From Trichoplax adhaerens (Eukaryota > Animalia > Placozoa), in contig NW_002060954.1 of assembly GCF_000150275.1 (NCBI RefSeq), forward strand, positions 992,001 through 1,056,000: a stretch of DNA of 64,000 bases, read 5' to 3'. Numbering within the stretch: position 1 is the first letter of the stretch; each line of letters begins with the position of its first letter. The position numbers and the translations under genes were made by a program. The notes under the pieces were generated by a model. The model was not told where the DNA came from, did not search any database, and saw nothing but the letters and a program-made list of their open reading frames with translations. Positions 32,167 through 45,200 of this stretch are shown here, one piece after another.

Positions 32167-35100
32167 CTAGTTCTGGCTATTGCTGTTATTAAACCTTTCA
32201 AGCCTTCTTCGTCGACACATGGTAGCTTCGTCATCAAGATCAGCTGTCTCCTTATTCAAAGGCTTACTTGGGTTACCATCGTTATTATTATCTGCACCTT
32301 GGACAGAAGTATCCTCACTTGCCTCATTACCAGTAGCTGATGAGTTTCTATGTAATGAGAAATACAGTAGCATGGGGTTAAAAACCATCGTCACTTGTCA
32401 AATATTTGTATAAACAGTATATAAACGCTTACTTCGATATGTAGTTGTCAATACGCTCACTGACAGATTCTAGCATGCCTCTGATGAAATTTAAATCTTG
32501 ACGAATATCTTTTAAAGTCACCGGATCGCTATTATTGTTACCTACAAGGAAAATTTTTTACTTTGATTACTAATCATTCATGAAATAAGTCGAGCTAAAC
32601 AAATATCATTCTAGGCCAAGATCTGTACCAAGGAAATAGGAGGGCAAAGGTGGAGGGGGAGGAATCGGAAAAGGAATATTTCCTTGGGTCCCGGAAAAGA
32701 AAAATGGTGGCACCTGTTAAATGTATATAAATTTAAGAGTTTAAAAGGATGTAGCGAAAATTGTCGATTGTACGTGTGTATCAGTAACATGGACCATATC
32801 GTATTATGATTGGTTCTACCCGTATACATGCTAATGTTCATAATATAATAAGAAGATCATTTACATTTGCAGCGTTATTCCTATTATTAGTTGTATCAGC
32901 AGCCGCAGAGCCATCGACATTGTCAGTCCGTCCTTCTGATGGAGCTTGAGGAGCATTTGGACCCTGTCCCATGAAAGGTGGTAAAAAATTTGGCCACCGC
33001 GGTTGTTGATTGTTTCCATTTTGAGGATCTTGTTGATTTTGGTTAGCTAGAAACATACAAGAGCAAACACAATAAGGGATATATTCCAGATAATTTAATG
33101 TTAATAATGAACAAAACTGGGAGATTTAAGATTAGATAAAGTAACCCAACGTTAAATACTTGTACTAGAAAAGATACATTACCGTCGAAAAGAGCACCCC
33201 AAAATTGCGGAGGTGGCACATTAGGCGGAGCTGTTTGGACAATACAAGACCACGTCACAATTTGATATGTTTATACTCTTATTCAGGAAGTTATTCTAAC
33301 TCAAATGATCCCTAAAACGCTAACCTTGTTGATCTTGCTGATTTTGTTGCTGATTTTGTTGAACATTTTCTTCTGCCTGAGGCTGCTGTACCTCCGGCTG
33401 TTGCATAGTTGCCCGTAAAATATTCATACGACATGTTGGGCAAGTCTGCTGGCGCTGAAACCAGGATCTTAGACAACTTATGTGGAAAACATGGTTACAT
33501 GGTAATCTTTTACAGTCTGTCGTCATTTCTTCTCTACAGATTATACAAACATTATCCATATTTGCCAACTCCTCCGGAGTAACATCAGGACATCTAGATT
33601 GCGGCAAATTATACCATATAAATTAATGTTATGATCTACAATTAGCTATAAATTTCGTATAAATCAGAAAAATGAATATGACAAATAACGAAGACAAGTT
33701 TACGCCTACCGAGTCATAACGCTTGTAATAGCTCGTCGAGAAGAAATAATATCATGTAATGATTTCTTAAATGACCTGTCCATGATATAAATTCGAACTC
33801 TCAGTAACCGCATATTCAATCGCTAATGCGTAGACGAATGCTTGATGATAAAAAATTTAAGACTAACCTTAAGGCCAAGTACAAAGGCCTAATAGCAAAG
33901 AGTGGAAAAGCATGAATTTTTACCATAACAATAAAGAATAAAGAGTACAGTGCTGCGCGAATAAAATCTGGTAATGATAAAAAAATAAAAAATGTATTAA
34001 TGTAACAATCTACCAGCATTAGCGCCTCAGACTCTTCAGGCAATAACAAAAATTCTTGATTTCAGAAAATTGATCCCTATCTTACTTGTAACGAGTTCGG
34101 TGTATAAAATATATATTGCTTTATTTTCCCATGGACTTTCGTGTTGTAAATCAATAACATGTAACAAGTACTTCATAGCAATTGTGATAACCAAAGCTAG
34201 CAAAATGGCATACTGATAAAACCAGAGTAAAAATCAATCGCTGATTATATCTGTTCATTAATGTGTAAACCATTTAATATTATATGAAATTCCAACCTCA
34301 AATCCAAATACAATTTGAACCGATGCACCATTTTGTACTGTGGCATGATAAGCATTACGTATAAAATAAATATCTGTAGCTCCAAGACAAATCACGAGAG
34401 CTAAGAAAAGAGTTGCATCTTTAGTATAAAATTTAACATTGCATATTCTAAGTATGCTTCTTCTGCGAACGTATTATCGATATGAAAATGTGCTGTACAC
34501 TTCGTCCGTACAGAATAAATATTGCAAAAATAGTATGGAAGTTGAATATGATTTCCATAGATTAGCACTTACAAATCATTCTTAGGTGAAAAAGGGCAGA
34601 AATTGCAGGACTACGCTCCATCTGCAGAAGATAAGGAATGATTATACTTTACCCCAATAATAACAACATATAGTATTAGATTAGAATAATTCACTTTAAA
34701 TAAAAGTACAGTAAAATTTAATTTGTACCGTCATAACATAGCAGCACGAAGCAACTTACGTAATCAACGCGATCTTCACCCAACCAATGGAAAGTCTTAA
34801 CAAACAGTAGTAAGGTAAAGTTGGCTACAAAAAGTGGATTAAAGTCTTCTCGAAATACAGTGAATGCTAAACATGTTTCAGTAATGGCAAACCATGACCT
34901 TTCGTATAAATGCTAGAAAATGAAGTGTATCGAACATTAAGATAAAGTAAGGTTAGCAACTGACCTAGTACCATGAAGTGGAAGGACAGTATTATAATTA
35001 ATCATTATAACCCTAACTAGAAAATAAGACTGCATTAAAACAGTATAATACGTTTACCGTAGATAAAGTATAAGATATACTGTATTTTGAAGTATTATAC

Positions 35101-35823
35101 GCATATCCATCAAGATCATAAATCAATAACATTAAATTGATAACGCAATTTCATTAAGGTGCACAATTCAGTTGTTAAGCATTGAAAAGTCATTTACTTA
35201 GTTGCATAAATACATATCGCAGTATTTTATCAGTATAGTATATATCGTTATAACTCAACTATTTTTTCGCAATGATGAATGCAAGACATGTAAAAGTCAT
35301 TAAATATACGTACCTCGATTTCGGAGGCTCTTAATGTTGAAAAGAATATTAATCTTGCAATTTTAGCCAATAAGATAGCAATAACGAACGCCTGAGCGTA
35401 CAAGACCTAAAGTTTCCAAAAATTAAAACTGACTTTAGTCTTAATCAAAACAAGTTGATTAAATTATGAAAGAGTTGGATATCTACCAAAGTTTAAAGCA
35501 GTAATACGACATTTTATTATTATTAGAATATCCACAATAACTCATGAGTTAACGCTTACGAGGTGATGATATGGAAACAAGTATAAAATTTTGCAATTCA
35601 TATTGGAATATTACAACTAGCAAGGCTTCAAGGTTACATCCATTCAATGTATTAAAGTATTACTGAAAATAGATAATTAATACAATATACATACAGCCAT
35701 GCAGACATTGGATTTGGTAACATAGACAACAGTTGGATAGAATTGTTGCTTAAGGTAATAAGCGTGTCCTATCGTAGCACACGTTGCAGCCAATGTAGAC
35801 GTTGCCAGTAATGTTGTTCTCAT
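32167..35823 (-). CDS. SYVN1: E3 ubiquitin ligase HRD1/synoviolin (ERAD), multi-exon
   Basis: N-terminus MRTTLLATSTLAATCATIGHAYYLKQQFYPTVVYVTKS; ERSWFAITETCLAFTVFREDF; FHWLGEDRVDYMERSP; PWENKAIYILYTELV; FPLFAIRPLY; RING-H2 CIICREEMTTDCKRLPCNHVFHISCLRSWFQRQQTCPTCR; Pro-rich tail; terminal RRRRLERF (p97-binding-type motif). Confidence 0.97.
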
Positions 35824-36959
35824 CTTTCAAATTTAGTTGTTGTAGTTGATAAGATGTAAAATTGGTTTGAATTAAGACTACAAATGTAACATAATAAAAG
35901 CAAGGACTCAGTTAGCTGAAAGTTTAACTTTTCTGTTCCTTTACGATGTTTTTATATACCCAAAAGTTCTATACAATGAAATCTGGATGTACCATCCATT
36001 AATTATTATTAAAGGCTCTTTAATCTGAACGTGTAGTAATATTTTGTGTGTCTTATTAAATCCTATACATTACTGATTAAATAACGTGAACTACGTAGAG
36101 GATATGGCGTAGACAGTACTTATTGACGCTGCATCACTCAACTATACTGCATATTAAAATGAATCCATACAAAATCAATAAATGAAGATAATTGAAAACT
36201 ACGACTGCTTTATATGCGAAGTACAGGACATCACGTACTCGAATAGTTTAATTCAGATTAAGAAGAGTTTTCCTACTGTAAATAAAGCCTAAAACTGTTC
36301 TCAGGTATTATAGAGAGAATTCCACACATAATGCTGAGAGATGAACTACTAAACCGTTCATTCTAAATGTACTCGTATGTTTTATGTTATATATATAATA
36401 ATATGAACGATGTATCATCATCCGGTGTTATACGATCAATGGGTTAGCATCAGACGTACAGTACTGTACTGTATATATACGCGTCTATAATATTTACAGT
36501 CAAGACTTCATGTTAGTTCTTGATGATACAATACTGTTCAAAACAGTAGATCGTCTACAGTATGGTAGAGGAGTGGAGGATCATCTCTACGTGCAATCTA
36601 TACTACCGATAGCGATAAAACATGATTCCATTGCAATACGACATAAAATGAGATTTTGGGCAGAATTTGTCATTCTCCAATAACCTGTACAAATTGGCAG
36701 CCCAATTTTAATTTACAATATTCGCATCAAGTCTATTTCGCTATTCGATATAACCTATTTACCAGTTATAAGTGCTTTGAACTTTACTGGTATCTTTAGG
36801 TATTCCGATAAGACGAGTCAATTAATAAACGAATTGGATTGAAAATGATCAGCACATTTCCTGGATATGTTCCAAATTATAATGAAAGGAAACCATTCTT
36901 GCCTTCATGGTTCTCCTGACTTGCCAACCTCAACACTAAACAGTGTTGACGGATAATAC

Positions 36960-37330
36960 GAAATACTGTACAGTAGTTCTTGAATTCTTTTAGTGAATGT
37001 ACTCCTACTGTACACTGTACACTGTACAGTAGCTATCTTTAGCCTATCCATAGTCATACAGTAGTACAGTACGCTACTGTTTGTTTTAGTAATCCATGGC
37101 TATACTGTACCGTACAGTACAGTACATACTGTAGTCACTGGTAATACAGTACAGTACTTTGTTTAAATGACACACTGTACAGTACAGTACTGTGGTGAAG
37201 CCGTGAAGGTAACTTGTACTGTACAGTGTACAGTACGTGTACAGTATAGTGTACTGTACTGTACTGTACAGTGTAGTACTGTACTGTACTGTACAGTATA
37301 CTGTACTGTAAGCAATGTACTGTACAGTCA
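36960..37330. repeat. CAGTA/TACTG pentamer array in the HRD1/TMEM120 head-to-head promoter region
   Basis: Dense tacag/ctgta units, e.g. gtgtactgtactgtactgtacagtgtagtactgtactgtactgtacagtatactgtactgta. Confidence 0.9.
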
Positions 37331-37386
37331 ATCCGGCTTGAGCAAACACTGCCAAACAGGCGCAATCACAATCTGACCCGTGATTA

Positions 37387-37405
37387 CGTGGCACCTCCTG
37401 ATTGT
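37387..37405 (-). promoter_or_regulatory. ERSE-like element (ACAAT-N9-CCACG) upstream of HRD1
   Basis: Plus strand CGTGG cacctcctg ATTGT; one mismatch to ERSE CCAAT-N9-CCACG with exact 9-nt spacing; overlaps TACGTGGCA. Confidence 0.5.
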
Positions 37406-37733
37406 CCACTCGACGTATGGTCCGCTCAGTCATGACCTGCTCAATCATACCGTTACCCCATTGAGCAGTCACGGTTCAGTGCTTATTGACTAACTACACC
37501 ATGGATAGACCACTAGAAAAAAGACACCAATGCTCGACGATGACTTTACCAGGACAGTTGTACGCCAAGACGCTTGGCTGAGAGTCACCTTTCAAGTGCA
37601 CACGTGCACACTGCAATACTGTAGTACACAGTCTCTCAGTGCAACAGAGGTTACGATAGTAAATAAATAATAAGTCAACTTCGTGCACACACCGTGGCCA
37701 CCCAAAGTAGCACAACACGACACGGTAGGCCTG

Positions 37734-37768
37734 CGGTACGGTTCGGTACGTTTCGGTACGGTATGGGT
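37734..37768. repeat. CGGTA/CGGTT pentamer run upstream of TMEM120
   Basis: cggtacggttcggtacgtttcggtacggtatgggta: a 5-bp period CpG-containing variant of the CAGTA unit. Confidence 0.75.
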
Positions 37769-37991
37769 AGCTGTTTACTGTTGACTGTGACGCCGATGGA
37801 GCACTGTCAACAGTTTGAGTTGCAAGTCAAATAGCCTAGCGGTCAATAGCTTAGCCATGGTATTTATACGGCATTAAACAGCAGTGTTATAGTACATACA
37901 GCAGTTTCCGTTACGGTTGAAGCAGAAAATCGCGCAGAAGATCGCCCTATTTCCATCTAGTACAAGAGTAGATACTAGGGCAAGCAATAAC

Positions 37992-40900
37992 ATGGCTGTC
38001 GAATTAAACAGTGTTACCCAGATCAGCGAAGAATTTCAAGATCTAACCAAAGAGTTCGCTCGTTTAGAGGTGCGCTTGAAAGTGGGCATGACATCGTCTA
38101 TACGAAATCACAACTTGTTCATTGACTAGATAATGATAATTCACCAATGAAATGATAATGTAGAATAATAGAATACGCGTAGATGACTAGGAATTGATGA
38201 TCAGCTATCTGCTAGTTCCAAAACTGTTATCGATAATCCTTGATTAGGACGATCAATATGTTGAATACACCAAGAAGGCTGAAGATCTCCACAACGTCCA
38301 AGGCAAATGCAAGCATGTTATTGATCATCAAAACAAGCGATTAAGAACGATACAATCATCCATGAGAAAGTAAGTTATATTTCGATTACTGCACACTACA
38401 GTACGTACATATGAATGAATTATATGTGTAGGCTGATAGTGGATCTTTATCGGTTTAGCCTAGTTACAGTAACTTGTATGATAGTGATTATACAAAGTTG
38501 GAACATTTTCAACCAGTAGCATACATACTCGTCAATCAATGAGGTAAAAGTCCTATATAGAGAGATTTCATTGCCACTAAGCGGACCTACAGGACTAATG
38601 TAATCGTGAAGTAATCACCTGTAGTAAAGCCGGTGATATTGTACGCGTATGTCAGTTATTCTGCTATTTAGCAATATAATGAGCATTACAGTACTGAAAT
38701 TTACTTCTTGGAATCTGAATATTTTGACAAGTGTGATTAGTAGCTCTTGTTTTTCCATGACAACTGTATCAAAATTTATCTTGCTAAATAATTAAATTAT
38801 TAGGCTGCAAAAAAATGATCTATCTCCGGAAGAAAGAAACATTTGCGATAAAATTAAATCTGATATTAAAGAAAGGCAGCAAAAACTTTCCGAGATACAA
38901 TTAAATTTGCCAAAAACAAACAGGTATAATCCACTGTGAATGGACCGCAGAAAGATCATGCATTAATGCTACTGTAGAATGACTGATATACAGTACTACT
39001 GTTTTGACTGCGACGATTTGATTGTCCTTCTGCAAAACACAATATTATACCTCCTATTAATAATAATATAATTATGAATTCATTAGTTTGCTACTGAGAT
39101 TGATATTGGGCCAGGTTAACTTGACACTACTTAGTGAAACAGAAAGGTACGTATACAATTTCAAATGACAACTTGACTTAACCTAGTTAGCATTCAACTC
39201 TTTTGTTGAACAGCTACAATCTTAAACTACCATTCAATTAAATAATCACTAATTTAAATATTTTCTACGAGTGTTTACAGATTATACAACAATTTATTAC
39301 ACTTACTAGGTTCAAATAAAATTACCTCATAAACGTGATTATTTCATGTATTAAATCATCCAATCCATAAAACTATCTTTAGGTTCGACTATAAAGATGA
39401 ATATGAAACATTCAAATTAAACATTACCACGTTATCGTTGGCCTTAACTTGTATCAACCTACTAGTTAGTAACGTGTACGTAAGCTTCTTTGTACCTAAT
39501 TTCATGCAAACTACTATTCGTATATGATATTAAAGAACGATAATATTGCCAATTGAACTATTTTGTAACATTAGTAAATGGAAAAATTGCATATATAGGG
39601 CTGCCTACTATTGTTAGAGAATAATTAATTTAGTATTCCTAATTTTAGTATCTTTTCTAAAATACTAAAGCCATAATTTTCTGGTATCTAGTATCCTGGA
39701 TCATTTATTTCATTTTGTATTGGTTTGGTACTATTGCACAGTCACTATCAGGGAGCATATTTTACGTCTTAACGGCTCAAGGTAAAGTTTTTAGTTTTTA
39801 CAATGACACAGATGGTGCATGTTTTTGGCTGGACATGCGCCTAAACGAATGAGTCTGTCTTCAAGTGTTGCATAAATGTACATGGCGTTGTTTAGATTTT
39901 TTATAAAAGCGATTGGAGGAACTACATATATTTTACATTTTTAGGATTCACTCAGTAGATGAATTTTAGTCACACTATGCAACGCATGGTATAAAAATTG
40001 TGGCCTAAACGTTGTTCTCAATGATTCATAAACCTTACGTTTATTCGTATATTCGTAGATAATTTTATAACATTCGCTCAATATTCTTTGTCGTTGTATA
40101 TTATATATAGAATCAAAGGATGGTGGATTATTCATCATTACTTTTCTGCAATTTTATCATGTATTCTTTTAGTAAGGTAAGTAAATTGCAATCGTTATTA
40201 ACATATACGTATAATCTTACGCTACTGGCGTAAATCTGAATTATAACCTCGACTAAATGTAGAAATAAGACGTGAGTTAATACACACGGATATCAGAACT
40301 ATCCTTTCTGTAAAATACGGCAAACTATATTTGTTTGTTCATGTAGCGGGTATCAACAATATTAACTATAACTCATTTATATTTAATTTTTTTCTCGACA
40401 GCCCGATTAATCAACGTTACTACGCCTTCAGAGAAACGTTTAATTATTCATCATTGTTTCAAGGTCTATCTTACATATAATTCATGCTCAAATAAATTTT
40501 AACTAAAAATATAACATGAAATATATGAAAACAATGAACATATTCAAATCAAGCCATACACTTTGTACCGCTAGGCTTCGTACAAGTACTCCAGTATTAT
40601 TATCAACGAGGCTGTTTGTATCGTCTAAAGACTCTCGGTGAAACAGAAAAAATGGTCGTCACTGGTGGTATGATTTATTTGGAATGTTTACAAAATACTA
40701 TGAGATCAGTTCTAATGATTACGATGCTCAATCGGTCAATTACTGCTCGAAGATTTTAAAACTCTGATTTCTTCATTTAATCGATAATATTAATAAATTT
40801 TCTAGAGGGCTTTCGTGCGTTCATGTGGCGTGGATTGAGCTTCTTACTCCCCTTTCTGTTTGCTGTTTACGTTAGTGACATAACTTCACATCCAAAAAGG

Positions 40901-41268
40901 TTTAATTTAGTTTAAATTGTTACTGACTTATTTTAATCTTATATATTTCAGGCTTTCCAGCTTTACTGCGCTTATACGTTATATAACATAGCAATTAAGC
41001 AAGATTGTTACGAATGGCAGGTTCATACCAACTAATATATTTAATACCAAATATACAAAAAGTATACATGTACATCGTATAGATTAGCGTTAGTAACTGA
41101 GTGACGTCATTTGAAGGTCTAAAATATCATAACTAACCTAACCTAACTTCATTTCAGTTTCCAGCCTTAAGTATATTATTCTTCGTCTTGGCATTTGGTA
41201 ATATAATTACTACTCTTGGAGTTATCAACAACAAACTTAGACGAAGGCCTCCTTCAAAAACCGATTAA
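37992..41268 (+). CDS. TMEM120: Transmembrane protein 120 (TMEM120A/B, TACAN family), about 12 exons
   Basis: N-terminal coiled coil; [15 protein letters not shown]; [12 protein letters not shown]; [21 protein letters not shown]|[10 protein letters not shown]; [21 protein letters not shown]; [19 protein letters not shown]; [16 protein letters not shown]; stop TAA at 41266-41268. Confidence 0.96.
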
Positions 41269-42263
41269 TATCAAAATCTAAACAGCTTCTTAGCATCACA
41301 ATGTTGTTACAGTTAGCAGTCGATTCCATTTAACTGCATAAAATTCTACGAATATAATGGTTTAGCGATTTTGGCGATATTGTTACCGGGTAATTAGCTA
41401 AGATCACCGACAACACTACCTAGTGTGATCCACACTAATTGCCGTGATTAGTGTAATGTACTACTTTCACTTTTTATTATATTTTATATGCAGTTTGCAA
41501 CAACCGTGGGTTCTTTTGCATAAACATACTCGGCATGCGCGTGATTTAACGTAATTAGAAATATGAGATTGCTACTACTAAAATCATGTTTGTATTCTTA
41601 TCCCTGCAAATATGGATACTTCAATGATTAATAATTACATAATTTAAAGCACAAATGCGCTAAGATGATTATTGCCAATCTTTTTATTATTTAAATGAAC
41701 TTTTCTTTAATTATAATTATGTAAATTAAATGATTAGTTAATTGTAGTATAGCAAAGTATAAAATTTTATATTTATTTTGCATTTTCTTGTTTGATATGT
41801 CGACTATCTACTTAGAGATAGTGTAATAAAATATGGCAAGGACTTTATCGCTTGAATGATTAACAAGAAAAATCTTTCATATACTGAATAACATTTGATT
41901 AAAAGAGTGATTTTGTACGTTATAAAATTTTATATCAGGGAGGCTTATAAGTGCTTTCATAAAAGTGAGATGCGTGTGCCTCTAAAGATTGTATTGCACA
42001 TAGTGTGGTAATAACAACCGCATGTAATTTATATTTAGTGTAAAAGATAAGAAATATTGCAAATGAGTAAATTATATGCAGAGCTTTAGCCCAGTCGAGA
42101 TGCATATAGGTACCAGAATAATCCATACGCACTTACTATGCAATGATAAAATACAAAGATAAAGTATACGCTCTCCAGTCAATGAAAAATTTATCAACTG
42201 ATACTTGTAAATTCTTGATACCTATTGTGTACATTACTAAACAAGTCCATATGTATACTGATA

Positions 42264-45200
42264 TTAGATTGCACAAGAGTCTTGATACAACTGCATGGCT
42301 TCTTCAGTGTGAGGATGAGAACTTCCTAATAAAGTGTCGAATAAATTAGCGGCAGTCCTAAATTGATATTCGGCACGCTGGTGCATATTTGTGCTTTGAT
42401 AAAAGCATGCTAAGTTAAATCGAGCAATGGCAGCATGAATATTCGGAGTGTCGCCGTAGTAATCCCCAAGGATAGACAATACAACGGAATAAATCGCTTC
42501 TGCACTATCTTTTTGTAAATCGGCATATGCTAAAGCTATATTATTGAGTATGCCTACCGAAGAAGGAGATTTAGACCTTAATACATAAATCCACTTAATC
42601 TTGATAATGAAAAGTAAGCATGTACAATACAGTACTATATAAACTACCGCTACAAAAATTCATAGTGCAACATCGTGATATTATATACGTTATATACAGT
42701 TAAAAAATTAATAGATAGTCTTCTATTCGCCATAATTCGGTTCGACTTAGTTCTTAATAGGACTATTACCTGCGGTCCGCGGATGAATAATGCCAAATTT
42801 TTTACAGGTTACTGCTAAATCTTCTATATAGAATGTCAAGGCTTCTCGATAGCTATTTTGTTTATAAGATAGCTGACCAAACTAGAATTTTATTAACAAA
42901 GAATCGAAAATAAATTTTATATTATCTGGTATCCGTGATTTCCATTTATTTTATTAACATAAAGAATGTAAAGATTTGTCAGAAAATATTTTATTACTGT
43001 CGGCAAATGCAGTATATAATATAAACGTTTAATACCAGGTGTTAGTACATACCACACTTAATATAGATGTCACATACGGATGATCAGAGCCTAAGAAATC
43101 CGTCGCTACTTCCAGGGCTCTGAAAATTACGCGTTTACTTTCCAGTAAATTTTTTTGAGTGCTTAAAACAGATCTACAATGGCCAAGAAATTGTTGATGG
43201 AATTACTACGTATATAATTAGTAAGTATACGTACGCATATTGCTTGCAATGACCTACCCAAATCCCAAAAGACCCCGTACTAGCAGTAATTTCTGTGTAG
43301 TAGATTTTATTTTTATTTGTCGTTGTATTGCATCTTTATAACATTGAATTGCCTCGTCTAGTCTCATTTCTTTTTCATACATAGAACCAAGAGCATACAT
43401 AGCCTACCGTATAATGAATATTTAGTACAGCATATTAAAATATATAGTCTTCCAAGAAATGCTTATACAAATATAGAGCAGTCATTACTTATAAATTCTA
43501 TTTGATTAAACTTTCCCTGTTTTATTCGAATTTTATTATAGGTGATACCAGTACTTGAATTTAAAACTAACCTCTATAACTTCTGGATGATTGCATCTAT
43601 AATTCCATTTAGTATGTGCGTGGTCATATATGACTGCTCCGTGTGAATTTAAATACCGCTTCTCAAGCTCTTGAGTTAGATTTTCATATGTTGCGCTAAT
43701 AATATTGTTACAATTAGTCCGAAAGCAAAAATTAATAACCTATCCATATGCACGAAGAAATTCTAATATGATAATATTCATTACCAACCGAGATTTACGT
43801 CTCTCATGATATGTTTCAGTCAGGATACGATCTTCAATCTGTGCAGTAAGTACTATCATTAGTAACAGCCACGTACGTCATTTGCTTAAGCTATCTCAAA
43901 GCTCACACTAAATAATAGAATGCTTTAATATTGCTAAAATTTTAATTTAAAACTTTTATTTTGCCTCATCTATTAGCTTCTGTCCTTCCATTTCTTGATC
44001 TTGCAGACTACCAGTCTGTAAATCACCCTCTGAATCATTTTCTGGATTATCAAATAATATTGATTCTTTAAATGGCAAGCTATCAATATCGCTATCTCCA
44101 TTAACTTTGATGGTGTTAAGTGAATGTTCTGAAAAAAGCTTGCCACTATTTTTTCGTAGTCGGTGACTTGCACTATGCATCTGACGGTTTAGAATTTCGT
44201 CATCGCTGAGTAATCCTTTATTATCTAGGAATACTTGATGCAAGATTCTTCTACGTCGACCAATCTTCGTTGATTTAGTTTTACCCAATGTTATATCTCC
44301 TAACGAATCCCCAGCTCGCGGTATATTTCTAAGCTTGACTCTTACAGATGCCATAGCCATAATGGGGCCTTGATTCAGGAATTTTCCGTCTACATTTTGA
44401 CCTTTTATGTTGTGATATGAACGTAAGTATCGATCTATCAGGTACATAATCTTCTACACACTTTTTTAACTATAAATTTCCTAAACATTAGTATACTACC
44501 TGATGATTCAAAATGTATAATTCTGACTCCGGTTCCGTAATTTCTAAAAGTTACAACCTCTTTATGCCATTTATTAGCGGACAAATCTGTAATCTGACCA
44601 CTATTGTATTCTCGCACGACTTTACGACCATGTCGTAATAATTTCACTTTGAATTCATAGTTATCGTTCTTATTATTACTCGATCCTCCCGAGTACCATT
44701 CAAAAGCCTGAGTTTAATATTGAATTACGTCAATGAGATAGCAATTGTAAATCCAATCTAAATCGTTTTATTACTTGAATATCTGGCGATTTATCCCAAA
44801 ATTCAGCAGGAAAATAATCTGTTAGCTGGATTTCTTGAAATTTCCTGCAATATGTATTGCTCGAAACGAATATCAGCGCTGTTGATTAAAGTGAAATTAT
44901 GTAATAAGTTTAGGGTAATATTGAAAATTAAAAACAAAAGCATTAATGTCAGTAAACATGTCTAAATGTTGACAATATTGTGTAGATTATTAACCATTTG
45001 TAATTGATTTCGGTTAGTACCGTAACCTCAGCATTGCCTATTCGATAAGCTTATAATCGTGTTATAGCTCTTTTTAAGTTAGACGATTATAGTTATGTCT
45101 CTAATATAATGCATTTGATTATTTTGTCATCAATTTTGATTCAGTAGTCTCAATACTGCCTATTTTAACATGTTTGTAGTTGTGTTCTATCTATCCTTAC

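Noticed and set aside
37086-37718. ORFs of 69-128 aa between HRD1 and TMEM120
   Set aside because: Repeat-derived or promoter sequence with no recognisable protein features.
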